Source: Candidatus Adlerbacteria bacterium (GTDB taxonomy: Bacteria; Patescibacteriota; Minisyncoccia; Phycocordibacterales; SBAW01). Taken from it: a DNA stretch of 64,000 bases. Positions 17,521-27,034 of this stretch are shown here, in pieces. Made by a program: the position numbers and the translations under genes. Below the pieces are notes generated by a model. The model was not told the origin of the DNA, ran no database searches, and was given only the letters and a program-made list of their open reading frames with translations. The stretch is from positions 11,289 through 75,288 of the forward strand of contig CAINNF010000007.1 in assembly GCA_903851045.1 (NCBI GenBank), written 5' to 3'. Each line of letters starts with the position of its first letter. Positions within the stretch are counted from its first letter, which is position 1.

Positions 17521-18768
17521 ATGGAAACAACAAAGAAAGTCTTTATAGGAGCAGGAATAGTTGCGGCAATAGTGCTTGTCGTGTGTGCGGCATGGTTCTT
17601 GTTCAATCGTTCGACACCGACAGCTACTACCCCTGGGACAACCATCAAAAATACACAGTCATTCACCACATCGAACACCGCGACGCAGGAAACACCGCTC
17701 ACCGCCGACGGGCAACAGATAGACACTTCCGGCACCACTGCTCCCGAACAGAAGATATTCAAGATTGCGGACGGACCGGTGATGGGAGCGCTGTTCATAC
17801 AGACATCGAACCCAACGACGACACTCGCTCGTTACACGATGCAAGACAACGGTCACGTGTTCGATATGCCGGTCAACGTTCCCGGTGCCATTGCCCGCGT
17901 GGTGTCGAACATCACCATACCGGGGCTACGAACAGAGTTGTGGCTTGGCCCGGGGAAGGGGACGATACTCCAGTATGTCGAGGGTTCAGTGATAAAAACA
18001 CTGTACCTTGGGTTTCCTGTGGCTTCGACCACAGCAGCGACCTCTTCGCCCCCGGTCATTCGGTTCTTCCCCGACAATATCACTGGCATCGCTGCATCAC
18101 CCGACGGGACACTGGTTACCTACCTTTTGAAGACTACGAGCGGCACCGTCGGATATATCGCGGGAAGTAATACCACCAATCCAAAGATACTGTTCACACT
18201 ACCGTTCTCTCAACTTCTCATCTCATGGTCGTCGACGCACACCTTGTTGGTCCAAATGAAGGAAGCGACGGGGGTGCCGGGAATGGCGTTCTCGTTGTCA
18301 TATACGGGCGAACTATCCCCACTTTTATATGCAGACAGCCTATCTGCCACAGCGAACGCCAACTTTTCAAAGGTGGTGTACCAAAGTACGTCCGAAACAA
18401 CCTCACAGCGAACCACCTACGTACACGACGTGCAAAGCGGCCATGACACGAAGATCCTTTTTAATCCACTTCCAGAAAAGTGCGTGTGGGGTAACACGAA
18501 CTTCAATCTTATGTATTGCGCCGCGCCACTATCTCCGACACCGTCCAACTACCTTGACCTGTGGCACCTCGGTGCAACGAACGTAGCTGACGATATCTTT
18601 TCGTTCGACGTCGCCGCTGGCATCACCTCCATGCTCGCGAGTCCTGGGAGTCCGCAAGGGGGTACACAATCTGAGATAGACCAGATCGCTGTGTCTCCGG
18701 ACGGGCAATATCTACTCTATATCACAAGAGGGGATAGGACGTTGTGGGGTGTCCACATCGGCCGCTGA
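17521..18768 (+). CDS. Membrane-anchored beta-propeller (TolB/PD40-like) protein
   Basis: N-terminal TM helix IGAGIVAAIVLVVCAAWFLF; repeated PD40-like motifs (ASPDGTLVTYLL, VSPDGQYLLYITRGD). Confidence 0.55.
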   Translation: METTKKVFIGAGIVAAIVLVVCAAWFLFNRSTPTATTPGTTIKNTQSFTTSNTATQETPLTADGQQIDTSGTTAPEQKIFKIADGPVMGALFIQTSNPTTTLARYTMQDNGHVFDMPVNVPGAIARVVSNITIPGLRTELWLGPGKGTILQYVEGSVIKTLYLGFPVASTTAATSSPPVIRFFPDNITGIAASPDGTLVTYLLKTTSGTVGYIAGSNTTNPKILFTLPFSQLLISWSSTHTLLVQMKEATGVPGMAFSLSYTGELSPLLYADSLSATANANFSKVVYQSTSETTSQRTTYVHDVQSGHDTKILFNPLPEKCVWGNTNFNLMYCAAPLSPTPSNYLDLWHLGATNVADDIFSFDVAAGITSMLASPGSPQGGTQSEIDQIAVSPDGQYLLYITRGDRTLWGVHIGR

Positions 18769-18770
18769 TA

Positions 18771-19244
18771 TTACTTATACTTGAGGACGATGTGGCGAAA
18801 CTTGCCTTCGCCCTCCGAAACGGTTTGGATCTGTGGATCTTCTGAGAAGAGTTCATGTATAACGAGGCGCTCGTATGGACTCATAGGGTCCATCTCGACG
18901 TCGTGACGGAAGAGTCGTGCGCGTTGCGCCAACATGCGAGCGTTTTGGCGAACCTTTTCCATACGCTCTTCGTGGTAGCCGTTCACATCGATAAGAAAAT
19001 TCGCCGCGTCTTCTCCGTGCTGATGCTCCACAAGTCGTCGCATGACGGTGTTCAGTGAACGAAGGTGCTCCCCGTTAGGTCCGATAAGGACCTTCGAGTG
19101 TGGCGTCTTCACGATAACGAGCGTACGGTGGCCAGTAGATACTGACACATCCTCGACCTCAACTCCTAACAGTTCTAAAAATCGCTCTACCGTCGTTTTA
19201 AGAAGTTGGGGCTCCATACCCCAAAGATACTGCAAACAGCGCAT
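18771..19244 (-). CDS. jag: Jag/KhpB-like RNA-binding protein (KH + R3H domains)
   Basis: VLIGPNGEHLRSLNTV (KH GXXG-like) and MSPYERLVIHELF (R3H); located downstream of yidC as in many bacteria. The true start may be the internal Met at 19217. Confidence 0.75.
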   Translation of the reverse strand: MRCLQYLWGMEPQLLKTTVERFLELLGVEVEDVSVSTGHRTLVIVKTPHSKVLIGPNGEHLRSLNTVMRRLVEHQHGEDAANFLIDVNGYHEERMEKVRQNARMLAQRARLFRHDVEMDPMSPYERLVIHELFSEDPQIQTVSEGEGKFRHIVLKYK

Positions 19245-19274
19245 GCTGCCAACTTGCCAGCCTATATTTTAATT

Positions 19275-19994
19275 TTATGCTTTTAATTTCAACTGTTCAC
19301 GAATAACGAGTTCTTGCACCAAGGAGACGAGGTTCGTTGTGGCGAAGTAAAGTCCGACCGCAGCAGGGAGCGAGTAACTGATGACCGCCATCATCACCGG
19401 GAAAAAGTACAACATAAGCTGTTGTTGGGTCTTTTGAGCCATTTCTTTTTCGGCACTGAGCTTGCTCGATCCTTTCTTGGTTCGTGCGACCGAGAACCAC
19501 ATAACGCCGTATTGGAGTCCGGCCACGAGAGCGGTAAGAAGTATGTTGTGCGCTGACCCAAGCTGTATCACCCACAGAAAGTCCATATTGACCATGTGCG
19601 GTACCGACACGAACGGATAGAGCAGATTCGTCGCTATCTTAGGCAATCCTTCCCTAAAAAAAGCGGCATAGAGCGCAAACAAGATTGGAAGTTGAATAAG
19701 GAGTGCTAAGAATGAACTGAAGGGGCGTATATTATTCTTCTTCAGGAGCTCCATGGTGCGTTTTCCGCGCTCCGAAGCGTCGTCCTTATAGGTCGTATTG
19801 ATCTCATCGATCTCACTCTGTACGGCCTGCATACCCATCTGTGTGCGAATGGATGCGGTAAACGCGGGGTAAAAGACAATGCGTACCAACAAGGTCAATG
19901 CGATAATGGCGAACCCCACATCTCCCTGCGGCATGAGACCGATGAGGTAGATGAAGATGTTATAGATCGGTTGTACCAGGTACGTCGTGAACAT
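19275..19994 (-). CDS. yidC: Membrane protein insertase YidC/Oxa1 family (short type)
   Basis: GFAIIALTLLVRIVFYPAFTASIRTQMGMQAVQSEIDEI ... five TM helices, 239 aa; position between rnpA and jag. Confidence 0.85.
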   Translation of the reverse strand: MFTTYLVQPIYNIFIYLIGLMPQGDVGFAIIALTLLVRIVFYPAFTASIRTQMGMQAVQSEIDEINTTYKDDASERGKRTMELLKKNNIRPFSSFLALLIQLPILFALYAAFFREGLPKIATNLLYPFVSVPHMVNMDFLWVIQLGSAHNILLTALVAGLQYGVMWFSVARTKKGSSKLSAEKEMAQKTQQQLMLYFFPVMMAVISYSLPAAVGLYFATTNLVSLVQELVIREQLKLKA

Positions 19995-19997
19995 ACT

Positions 19998-20336
19998 TTA
20001 TAGCATAGCGTTTTTAAACAATACTGCCACCTCGCTGTTGAATGCTTTTGAGAGTTCCTGTGGGGGGATCTTCTGGACGAACAGCACCGCGTGTCCGTGT
20101 CCTGAAAATCCTGCCTGCTGGTAGAGGACGGAGTCGAGCGCGCGATATACCGCTCGGCGCAGGCGATTTCGCTCTACCGCCTTTCGTGCGACCGATTTCG
20201 ACACCACCGCCGACGTCTTGAGGGGGTGTGTGGTTGATACAAATTTCATCGACAGATAGGTACCGCGGCGCGAACGACCCGCACGCAACACCTGCGCTAC
20301 TTCTGGCGTCGTGAGCCGTCTGCGCTTAGGGAGCAT
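19998..20336 (-). CDS. rnpA: Ribonuclease P protein component
   Basis: Basic 112-aa protein (RLRRAVYRALD motif) immediately downstream of rpmH. Confidence 0.8.
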   Translation of the reverse strand: MLPKRRRLTTPEVAQVLRAGRSRRGTYLSMKFVSTTHPLKTSAVVSKSVARKAVERNRLRRAVYRALDSVLYQQAGFSGHGHAVLFVQKIPPQELSKAFNSEVAVLFKNAML

Positions 20337-20347
20337 GCGGCGGCAGA

Positions 20348-20482
20348 TTATGCCGAGAGGCGAGTGCGGCCTTTTTGCCGTCGGCGAGCGACCACCTTTT
20401 TACCACCCGGGCTTTTGGTTCGGTTAAGAAAACCGTGCGCGCGTGCGCGCTTTCGCTTCTTTGGCTTGAATGTGACTGACAT
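20348..20482 (-). CDS. rpmH: 50S ribosomal protein L34
   Basis: Manual translation of the minus strand gives [44 protein letters not shown]. Not in the ORF track because it is shorter than 60 aa. Confidence 0.85.
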   Translation of the reverse strand: MSVTFKPKKRKRARAHGFLNRTKSPGGKKVVARRRQKGRTRLSA

Positions 20483-20574
20483 GCGCACACTATACCCGAG
20501 CTTTATATAAAAGTAAATCAGTGGTGTTTTTGACGCTCAGCGTGCATTCGCGTATTCTATACACCACGCGACTC

Positions 20575-21915
20575 ATGACTACAACAAAAGAACTATGGGA
20601 AAATGCACTCGTTGAATTAGAACTTTCTATTTCTAAGCCTAATTTTAATACCTGGTTCAAAGATACACACATCGTCCGTGTCGAAGACAATATCGTGTAC
20701 CTTGGAGTGCCAAGCCAATTCGCTCGCGACTGGCTCTCGATGAAATTTCATAAGGATATCCTCCGATCGCTCAGGGGATTGTCGGAAAACGTTCGATCTA
20801 TCGAGTACATCATCTCTCGTGGACCAAAGAAACAGAGCGAAGAAATTCGTTCGACACCGACCGCGCCGTCCGAACTACCACTGGAAGCGGTCCACGCACG
20901 CACGAACCTCAACCCACGCTTTACGCTCCAATCCTTTGTGGTCGGTCCTTTCAACGAACTCGCCCACGCAGCTGCTCAAGCGGTCATCCGTAAGCCCGGT
21001 ATCGCCTATAACCCTCTGTTCATCTATGGGCCGACTGGCTTGGGCAAGACCCACCTCATCCAGTCAGTGGGGAACCATTTTCGCATCCACGCGCCTGAAC
21101 GTAAGGTCTATTACGTGACGTCGGAGAAGTTCTCGATGGATTATGTGTCTTCGCTTCAAGGAGGGAAGGTGCAAAGCTTCAAAGAGAAATACCGACAGTA
21201 CGACCTGCTTATCATGGACGACGTCCAATTCCTTGCCGGACGCGAAAAGATAAAAGAAGAGTTCTTCCACCTGTTCAACCATCTGTACGACAGCAATAAA
21301 CAGCTTGTGTTCTCCTCCGACCAACATCCGAACGTCATCCAAAACCTCGAGGACCGTTTGAAGAGTCGTTTCAACGCGGGCATGACCGTCTCTGTCACAC
21401 CACCCGACCACGATTCACGCCTCGCCATCGTCCGCACGAAGGCCTCTCACCACAACGTCGTTATCTCTGACGAAGTAATGGAGTATCTTGCAACTACCAT
21501 CGAAGGCAACGTGCGCGAACTCGAAGGAGCGCTGAACCTCCTCCTTATCCATCTCGAGATGCGTTCGGACCCGCTCACGCTCATCGATGCGAAAATGCTC
21601 TTGCGTGGTGCATCGAGCACGACCAAAAAAGCGGTATCTATCCCTGAAGTAGTGCGTACGATCGCGAGCTTCTACGGAGTTGAAGAGGCAAGCATCTACG
21701 AGAAGACCCGCCGAAAGGAGGTGGTGCGCCCACGCCAGGTGATTATGTTCCTTTTGCGTGAGGATTTTAAGATCTCGTTCCCAACGATCGGAGACAAGCT
21801 TGGGGGACGTGACCACACCACCGTTATCCACTCATGTGAAAAGATAAAGAACGATCTCCCCAGCGACAGCGTACTTACCCAAGAACTGCACCAGATCCGA
21901 CTCATGTTGAAATGA
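20575..21915 (+). CDS. dnaA: Chromosomal replication initiator protein DnaA
   Basis: MTTTKELWENALVELELSISKPNFNTWF N-terminus; AAA+ Walker A GPTGLGKTHL; C-terminal DNA-binding domain (TIGDKLGGRDHTTVIHS). Confidence 0.9.
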   Translation: MTTTKELWENALVELELSISKPNFNTWFKDTHIVRVEDNIVYLGVPSQFARDWLSMKFHKDILRSLRGLSENVRSIEYIISRGPKKQSEEIRSTPTAPSELPLEAVHARTNLNPRFTLQSFVVGPFNELAHAAAQAVIRKPGIAYNPLFIYGPTGLGKTHLIQSVGNHFRIHAPERKVYYVTSEKFSMDYVSSLQGGKVQSFKEKYRQYDLLIMDDVQFLAGREKIKEEFFHLFNHLYDSNKQLVFSSDQHPNVIQNLEDRLKSRFNAGMTVSVTPPDHDSRLAIVRTKASHHNVVISDEVMEYLATTIEGNVRELEGALNLLLIHLEMRSDPLTLIDAKMLLRGASSTTKKAVSIPEVVRTIASFYGVEEASIYEKTRRKEVVRPRQVIMFLLREDFKISFPTIGDKLGGRDHTTVIHSCEKIKNDLPSDSVLTQELHQIRLMLK

Positions 21916-22125
21916 TGTGCATAAGTGCCGGAAGGACCTGTGAATACCTGTGGAGAAATATTTTGTCTTTTCAGGACTAGTTGTTTATTCACACGCTTGC
22001 GTTAGGATATGCACAGATAGTCCCTTCTCGAAATCCTGAAAGGAGCTTACAACAGAACGCTTTCAGGTAGTTATCCGACCAATCCACACCCTTAATAATA
22101 GTAATAGGTTTTATATATAGAAGTT
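21916..22125. promoter_or_regulatory. Candidate oriC segment: dnaA-dnaN intergenic region with several DnaA-box-like 9-mers and an AT-rich unwinding-type stretch
   Basis: tgtgaatac, tgtggagaa, ttattcaca (8/9 to TTATCCACA), gttatccgac and atccacacc, followed by taataatagtaataggttttatatatag. Confidence 0.5.
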
Positions 22126-23223
22126 ATGCGTTTTGAAACCAGCACAGACCAGTTCGCAGCAGCGGTAGCGACCGCAGCGCGTTTTTCCGAGCGTCGACCG
22201 AACCTGCCGGTACTCGGCAGTATCCTTATCGTCGCAGAGAGCGGTAGATTGCTGCTACGCGCGACGAACCTCGAATGTGGTGTGGAGATCACAACCCCGG
22301 CTAAAATCGTCGAACAGGGCATTGTAGCTGTACCTGCAGGGGTGTTGAGTGGTTTTGTGGCGAACGCAAAAGGGAGATCGATCTCCGGTAGTTTGGTTGG
22401 CGAGGTATTTAAGGTCGAGACCGAGCGCGCATCAGCGACCATTAAAACCATCCCGAACGAAGATTTTCCCATACTTCCAAGGGTGTCAGCTGAACGTTCG
22501 TTCACCGAAAAGACGCATGACTTCGCGAAAGCTATTCGTTCCGTCGTGTATTGTGCTTCGACCTCGGCAGTGAAACCGGAACTTCAAAGCGTATTGCTGT
22601 ATGCCGAAGGGGGGAAACTTGCCATGGTGGCGACCGACTCGTTCCGTCTTGCTGAAAAGACCATACCGCTGCGCTCCGGAGAAAGTGTGTCACAATTGCT
22701 ACTCCCTGCTCGAAACGCTTCGGAGTTGATGCGGATACTCGATGCGGCGTCGGGAGAGATCGAGATCTACTATAACGACAATCAACTCTCTACCCAGGTA
22801 GAGAACGTGTATTACACGAGCCGACTTATCGACGGCGCCTTTCCGAACTATCGACAGATCCTACCTAAATCGTTCATGACCGAGGCGGTCGTGTTGCGCG
22901 AGGACCTCAGTTCCGCATTGAAATCGCTTTCTATATTCGCGGATAAATTCTCACAGATATCCCTGACGTTCTCGCCGGAGAAGAAGGCGATACTGCTTAC
23001 CTCTCGAAACCCGGACGTGGGAGAACAGATATCCACCATCCGAGCTACCTTGTCCGGCGAAGAACTCACTATGTCGTTCAATAGCCGCTACGTTGCCGAT
23101 TCGCTCCAAGCTATCTCGGGAGAAAGCGTACGGTTGCAAGCGAACGGTCCAGGAAAGCCGATGCTCATACGAGATGCGGTCGACGAGTCGTACCTCTACT
23201 TGGCGATGCCGATGAATAGATAA
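22126..23223 (+). CDS. dnaN: DNA polymerase III beta subunit (sliding clamp)
   Basis: MRFETSTDQFAAAVATAARFSERRPNLPVLGSILIVAESGRLLLRATNLE; 365 aa; downstream of dnaA. Confidence 0.9.
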   Translation: MRFETSTDQFAAAVATAARFSERRPNLPVLGSILIVAESGRLLLRATNLECGVEITTPAKIVEQGIVAVPAGVLSGFVANAKGRSISGSLVGEVFKVETERASATIKTIPNEDFPILPRVSAERSFTEKTHDFAKAIRSVVYCASTSAVKPELQSVLLYAEGGKLAMVATDSFRLAEKTIPLRSGESVSQLLLPARNASELMRILDAASGEIEIYYNDNQLSTQVENVYYTSRLIDGAFPNYRQILPKSFMTEAVVLREDLSSALKSLSIFADKFSQISLTFSPEKKAILLTSRNPDVGEQISTIRATLSGEELTMSFNSRYVADSLQAISGESVRLQANGPGKPMLIRDAVDESYLYLAMPMNR

Positions 23224-23224
23224 T

Positions 23225-25444
23225 CTACTGTGCCGTCGATGTTGCGACTGAAGTGGAAGTGGTTGCCATGTATGAGTTCGTAGACGAGGAGTTGAGTGCG
23301 TCTGCAGGTAGCGGGGGCAAGTTGGTCATACCGTTCTGTGCGGCCCATGTTTGCACAGGCGCATCCCAATATTTGAACTGCGGGTCGCTCGTTGGATCGG
23401 TAGGTATCGGTCCGTTCGGGTCGTTTTTGTTCACCCAGTAGAGTATGTCGTGCAACTTGCCGTCGCTTCCAGGATTTTGCCAAATGCCGCGAATAATCGG
23501 TTTGAGACCAGTTGTATCAGTCTCAGATCGAGTGAATGCTTGGTTGGGTGTGGTACTAAGCGCATACTGCATGAACTCATGCCACATAGGGCCTACAATG
23601 AATCCTGAGACCTTTTTAACCATCGGGGTGTTGTCGTTGTTACCCACCCACATTCCTACCGCTATATTGGGCGTATAACCGATGGTCCAGGCATCCTTGT
23701 AGTTGTTCGTGGTGCCGGTTTTGACCGCCACATCATGACCGGGGAAACCGAGAAGGTCGTTCTCTCCTAACGGAGCGCGTGCTACTGGGTCGGATAGGAT
23801 GTCATTTATTTCTTGTGCGATGGTAGTGGGGAGTACCTGGCTGCCTTGCTGTTGTGTATTATCTTCGATAATAACGCCGTTCGCGTCCTTGATCTGTAAT
23901 ACGGATACAGGGTTGTAGTGTACACCGTTCTCGGCGAACGTCGCATACGCGTTCGTCATGTCGAGCAATGTTACTTCGCCACCGCCAAGTACCAATGTGA
24001 GGCCGTACTGGTTTGGATCTCCAAGGGTTGAGATACCCATCGATTTTGCGAGGCGGAGTGTGTCCGCGATACCTGCAAGGTACAAGGTTTTTACCGAAGG
24101 AACGTTTCGTGACTGGGCGATAGCGTCACGCAGGTTGATAGGGCCAACGAACGCATTGTCGTAGTTCACCGGCGCATAACAGCCGTTCGTGCTTGTGAAG
24201 TTCGTAGGGTCGCAGTTGGTCGAGAACTGTGTCGGCAGGTCGAATACGACCGTGTCTGGAGTGTAGCCTTTCTCGAACGCTTCCGCATATGCGAAAGGTT
24301 TGAATGCCGAACCTGGCTGCCGGTCAGCGAGGGTAACATTGAAGTTGCCGTCGATGGTCGTATCGAAATAGTTGCGCGAACCGACCATAGAGAGAATCTG
24401 TCCGTTACTCGGGTTTATAGCGATAAGTCCGGTGTTGGAGGCGTTGAAATTCGTTTGGTTAGAGGCGGCGTGAGTCTGCACCACTGCCTCGGCCTTCGCT
24501 TGAAGGTCTGCATCGAGGGATGTTATGACCGTCCAGCCGTTCTGCTCGAGCGCATCCTGCCCGTATTTGTTCTGGAGGTATTGTTGTACATAGAATACGA
24601 AGTGCGGGGCTGTTATCGATGATGTTTTTGGTGATTGAAACTGCACTACGACCGCTTTCGCGTCATCGTGCTCGGTTTGGGTTAGGTAGCCGTGTTCAAG
24701 CATCTTGTCGAGTACGAGGTTCTTGCGTGCATCGAGATCTTTTTTGTGTGGCCCATAGGGGGAATAGTAGGTGGGGGCGGGGAGTACCGCGGCCAGATAG
24801 GCGGCTTCGGGGACGGTAAGATCACTGGCGTGTTTATTGAAGAAGGTCTCCGATGCCTGCTCGACACCGTAGATATTGCCGCCATATGGCGCTTGGTTGA
24901 GGTAGAGCTCAAGTATTTGAGATTTAGTGAGCACTCGTTCGAGCTTCACCGCTAGCACCCATTCTTCGAGCTTCCGAGTGATCGTCCGGCTATTCGTGAG
25001 GAGTGTGTTCTTGATCACCTGCTGAGTGAGTGTTGACCCACCTTGTACGACGCCGCCGGGGGTGACGTCCGCCAGTATGGCTCGCAGGATCGCAGTAAAT
25101 TCGATACCGCCGTGTTGATAGAATTTTGGGTCTTCGATAGCGATGGTCGCGTTTTGGACATTGGGAGATATAGAGGCAAGAGGAACAATGGTCCGTTGAG
25201 CGTTACTGTTGAGGTTATATAGCATCACTGTGCCAGTACGGTCATAGAGCCGAACCGACTGTTCTATCTTTCGATTCTCTATCGATGCAAGATCAGGCAC
25301 CTGAAGTGTTGCTGCCCATAGGAGAAACCCGCCCATCATAATGAAGACGATACTACACAGCCACGCGATGACCGCTTTCCAGTGTTTTCGGACGAAACGG
25401 AGACTTTTTGGAAGAGAGGATGAAGGAGAACGATAATGCCTCAT
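23225..25444 (-). CDS. Class A penicillin-binding protein (bifunctional glycosyltransferase/transpeptidase, PBP1A-like)
   Basis: N-terminal TM, GT51 motifs (IAIEDPKFYQHGGIEF, TLTQQV), and transpeptidase motifs (SGSAFKPF, KTGTT); 739 aa. Confidence 0.85.
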   Translation of the reverse strand: MRHYRSPSSSLPKSLRFVRKHWKAVIAWLCSIVFIMMGGFLLWAATLQVPDLASIENRKIEQSVRLYDRTGTVMLYNLNSNAQRTIVPLASISPNVQNATIAIEDPKFYQHGGIEFTAILRAILADVTPGGVVQGGSTLTQQVIKNTLLTNSRTITRKLEEWVLAVKLERVLTKSQILELYLNQAPYGGNIYGVEQASETFFNKHASDLTVPEAAYLAAVLPAPTYYSPYGPHKKDLDARKNLVLDKMLEHGYLTQTEHDDAKAVVVQFQSPKTSSITAPHFVFYVQQYLQNKYGQDALEQNGWTVITSLDADLQAKAEAVVQTHAASNQTNFNASNTGLIAINPSNGQILSMVGSRNYFDTTIDGNFNVTLADRQPGSAFKPFAYAEAFEKGYTPDTVVFDLPTQFSTNCDPTNFTSTNGCYAPVNYDNAFVGPINLRDAIAQSRNVPSVKTLYLAGIADTLRLAKSMGISTLGDPNQYGLTLVLGGGEVTLLDMTNAYATFAENGVHYNPVSVLQIKDANGVIIEDNTQQQGSQVLPTTIAQEINDILSDPVARAPLGENDLLGFPGHDVAVKTGTTNNYKDAWTIGYTPNIAVGMWVGNNDNTPMVKKVSGFIVGPMWHEFMQYALSTTPNQAFTRSETDTTGLKPIIRGIWQNPGSDGKLHDILYWVNKNDPNGPIPTDPTSDPQFKYWDAPVQTWAAQNGMTNLPPLPADALNSSSTNSYMATTSTSVATSTAQ

Positions 25445-25489
25445 GTAGGCATTCTATCATAGGGGCTGTTGTGTTACAGTGTGGCGTAT

Positions 25490-26692
25490 ATGACAGAGGT
25501 GGTATCTACGGATGCAAAAAAGATAGAAGAGCTACTTACGCGCGGGGTAAGCGAGGTCCTGGTCAAGGAGTCGCTTCGTGCGAAACTCCTCAGCGGTAAG
25601 CGATTGCGTATCAAGTTGGGTATCGACCCGACATCGCCGGACCTCCATATCGGTCGGGCGGTACCGTTGCTGAAGCTTCGCGACTTTCAAGAGTTGGGAC
25701 ATCAGATTATCTTTCTTGTCGGTGATTTTACGGCCGTGATTGGCGATACGTCGGACAAGGATGCTGAGCGACCTATGCTCGCGCGCGAGGTCATAGAGGC
25801 GAACAAGCAGACCTACTTCGCACAAGCAGGGAAGATCCTCGATCTCTCCAAGGTGGAGACGGTGTATAACTCGCAGTGGCTCGAAAAGCTGACCTATCGT
25901 GAGATCGGGGAGCATGCGGACGTATTCTCGGTCGCGGACTTTATCGCACGCGAGAATATCGCGAAGCGTCTCAGCGCGGGCAAGCGCGTCTCGCTGCGCG
26001 AAGTGCTCTATCCGCTCATGCAAGGCTACGACAGTGTTGCCATCAAAGCCGATGTGGAACTTGGTGGTACGGACCAGAAGTTCAACGTGCTCGCTGGGCG
26101 ACCGCTTCAAGAGAAGTATGGCCAGCCGCCACAGGATATCGTCCTCAATCCACTGATCGATGGGCTGGATGGCACCAAGATGAGCTCGAGTCGTGGCAAC
26201 TACATCTCGCTTACTGCGACCCCGAGCGACATGTACGGTAAGGTGATGAGTATGGGTGATGCGCAGATCGGCACCTACTTCGAAGTATGTACCCGTGTGC
26301 CGATGGAAGAGGTTGCTGCGATCAAAACCGGTTTGATGGACAATGCACTACACCCGAAAGAGGCTAAGATGCGCTTAGCGCGTGAGATCGTCTCGCTGTA
26401 TCACTCCACCGAAGACGCACAAAAGGCCGAAGATGATTGGCAAAAGACGTTTAGTGAGGGTGGTGTGCCCGAGGATATACAAGAGGTCGTCGTATCTCCC
26501 GAGACGTCACTTATAGAAACGCTCGCGTCCCTTGGAGAGTCCAACAGCGAGCTTCGTCGCCTTATAGACGCCGGGGCTGTCAAAGAGGTGGGGGGTGAGA
26601 ACCATATATTTAAAGATCCTAAAACACCTCTTACTAAAGGAATGACGCTCCGCATCGGCAAACACCGATTTTTGAAGGTACTAGTGAAATAA
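25490..26692 (+). CDS. tyrS: Tyrosine--tRNA ligase
   Basis: HIGH-type motif (DLHIGRAVPL), KMSKS motif (KMSSSRGN), and a C-terminal S4-like domain. Confidence 0.9.
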   Translation: MTEVVSTDAKKIEELLTRGVSEVLVKESLRAKLLSGKRLRIKLGIDPTSPDLHIGRAVPLLKLRDFQELGHQIIFLVGDFTAVIGDTSDKDAERPMLAREVIEANKQTYFAQAGKILDLSKVETVYNSQWLEKLTYREIGEHADVFSVADFIARENIAKRLSAGKRVSLREVLYPLMQGYDSVAIKADVELGGTDQKFNVLAGRPLQEKYGQPPQDIVLNPLIDGLDGTKMSSSRGNYISLTATPSDMYGKVMSMGDAQIGTYFEVCTRVPMEEVAAIKTGLMDNALHPKEAKMRLAREIVSLYHSTEDAQKAEDDWQKTFSEGGVPEDIQEVVVSPETSLIETLASLGESNSELRRLIDAGAVKEVGGENHIFKDPKTPLTKGMTLRIGKHRFLKVLVK

Positions 26693-26720
26693 AAAACTCC
26701 CTACGCGGGAGTTTTTTATT
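26693..26720 (+). terminator. Rho-independent terminator after tyrS
   Basis: actccc-tacgc-gggagt hairpin followed by tttttt. Confidence 0.7.
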
Positions 26721-26741
26721 GGGTATGGGTGGTGGTCGATG

Positions 26742-26930
26742 TTACTCGTCGAATACGTCGTCATCGGTCCCTTCGTCCTCTTCCTCCACATCTTCGCCTG
26801 CTAGGCTCGGATCCTCAGTGTCCTCTTCCTCGTCGACGTCGTCGCTGTATACGGGGTTTACTCGCGAACCAAAGTCATCCTCTTCTTCATCTAACGAGAA
26901 CTCTTGTGGTGTTAGATACTCATCGCTCAT
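26742..26930 (-). CDS. Small highly acidic protein (62 aa, about 50% D/E)
   Basis: MSDEYLTPQEFSLDEEEDDFGSRVNPVYSDDVDEEEDTEDPSLAGEDVEEEDEGTDDDVFDE; sits between the tyrS terminator and the ruvC promoter. Confidence 0.4.
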   Translation of the reverse strand: MSDEYLTPQEFSLDEEEDDFGSRVNPVYSDDVDEEEDTEDPSLAGEDVEEEDEGTDDDVFDE

Positions 26931-27034
26931 ATGCTCATTTGAATTACTCTTAATAATTTTCTACAGAGTTAGACAGACACGTTGTATCAAACCTATCGAA
27001 CTTTGCAACTCCCTCTGAAAACTCGTGTGGATAA

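Noticed and set aside
20490-20690. 66-aa minus-strand ORF spanning the rpmH-dnaA promoter region and dnaA start
   Set aside because: Overlaps the dnaA N-terminus and the intergenic promoter; no support.
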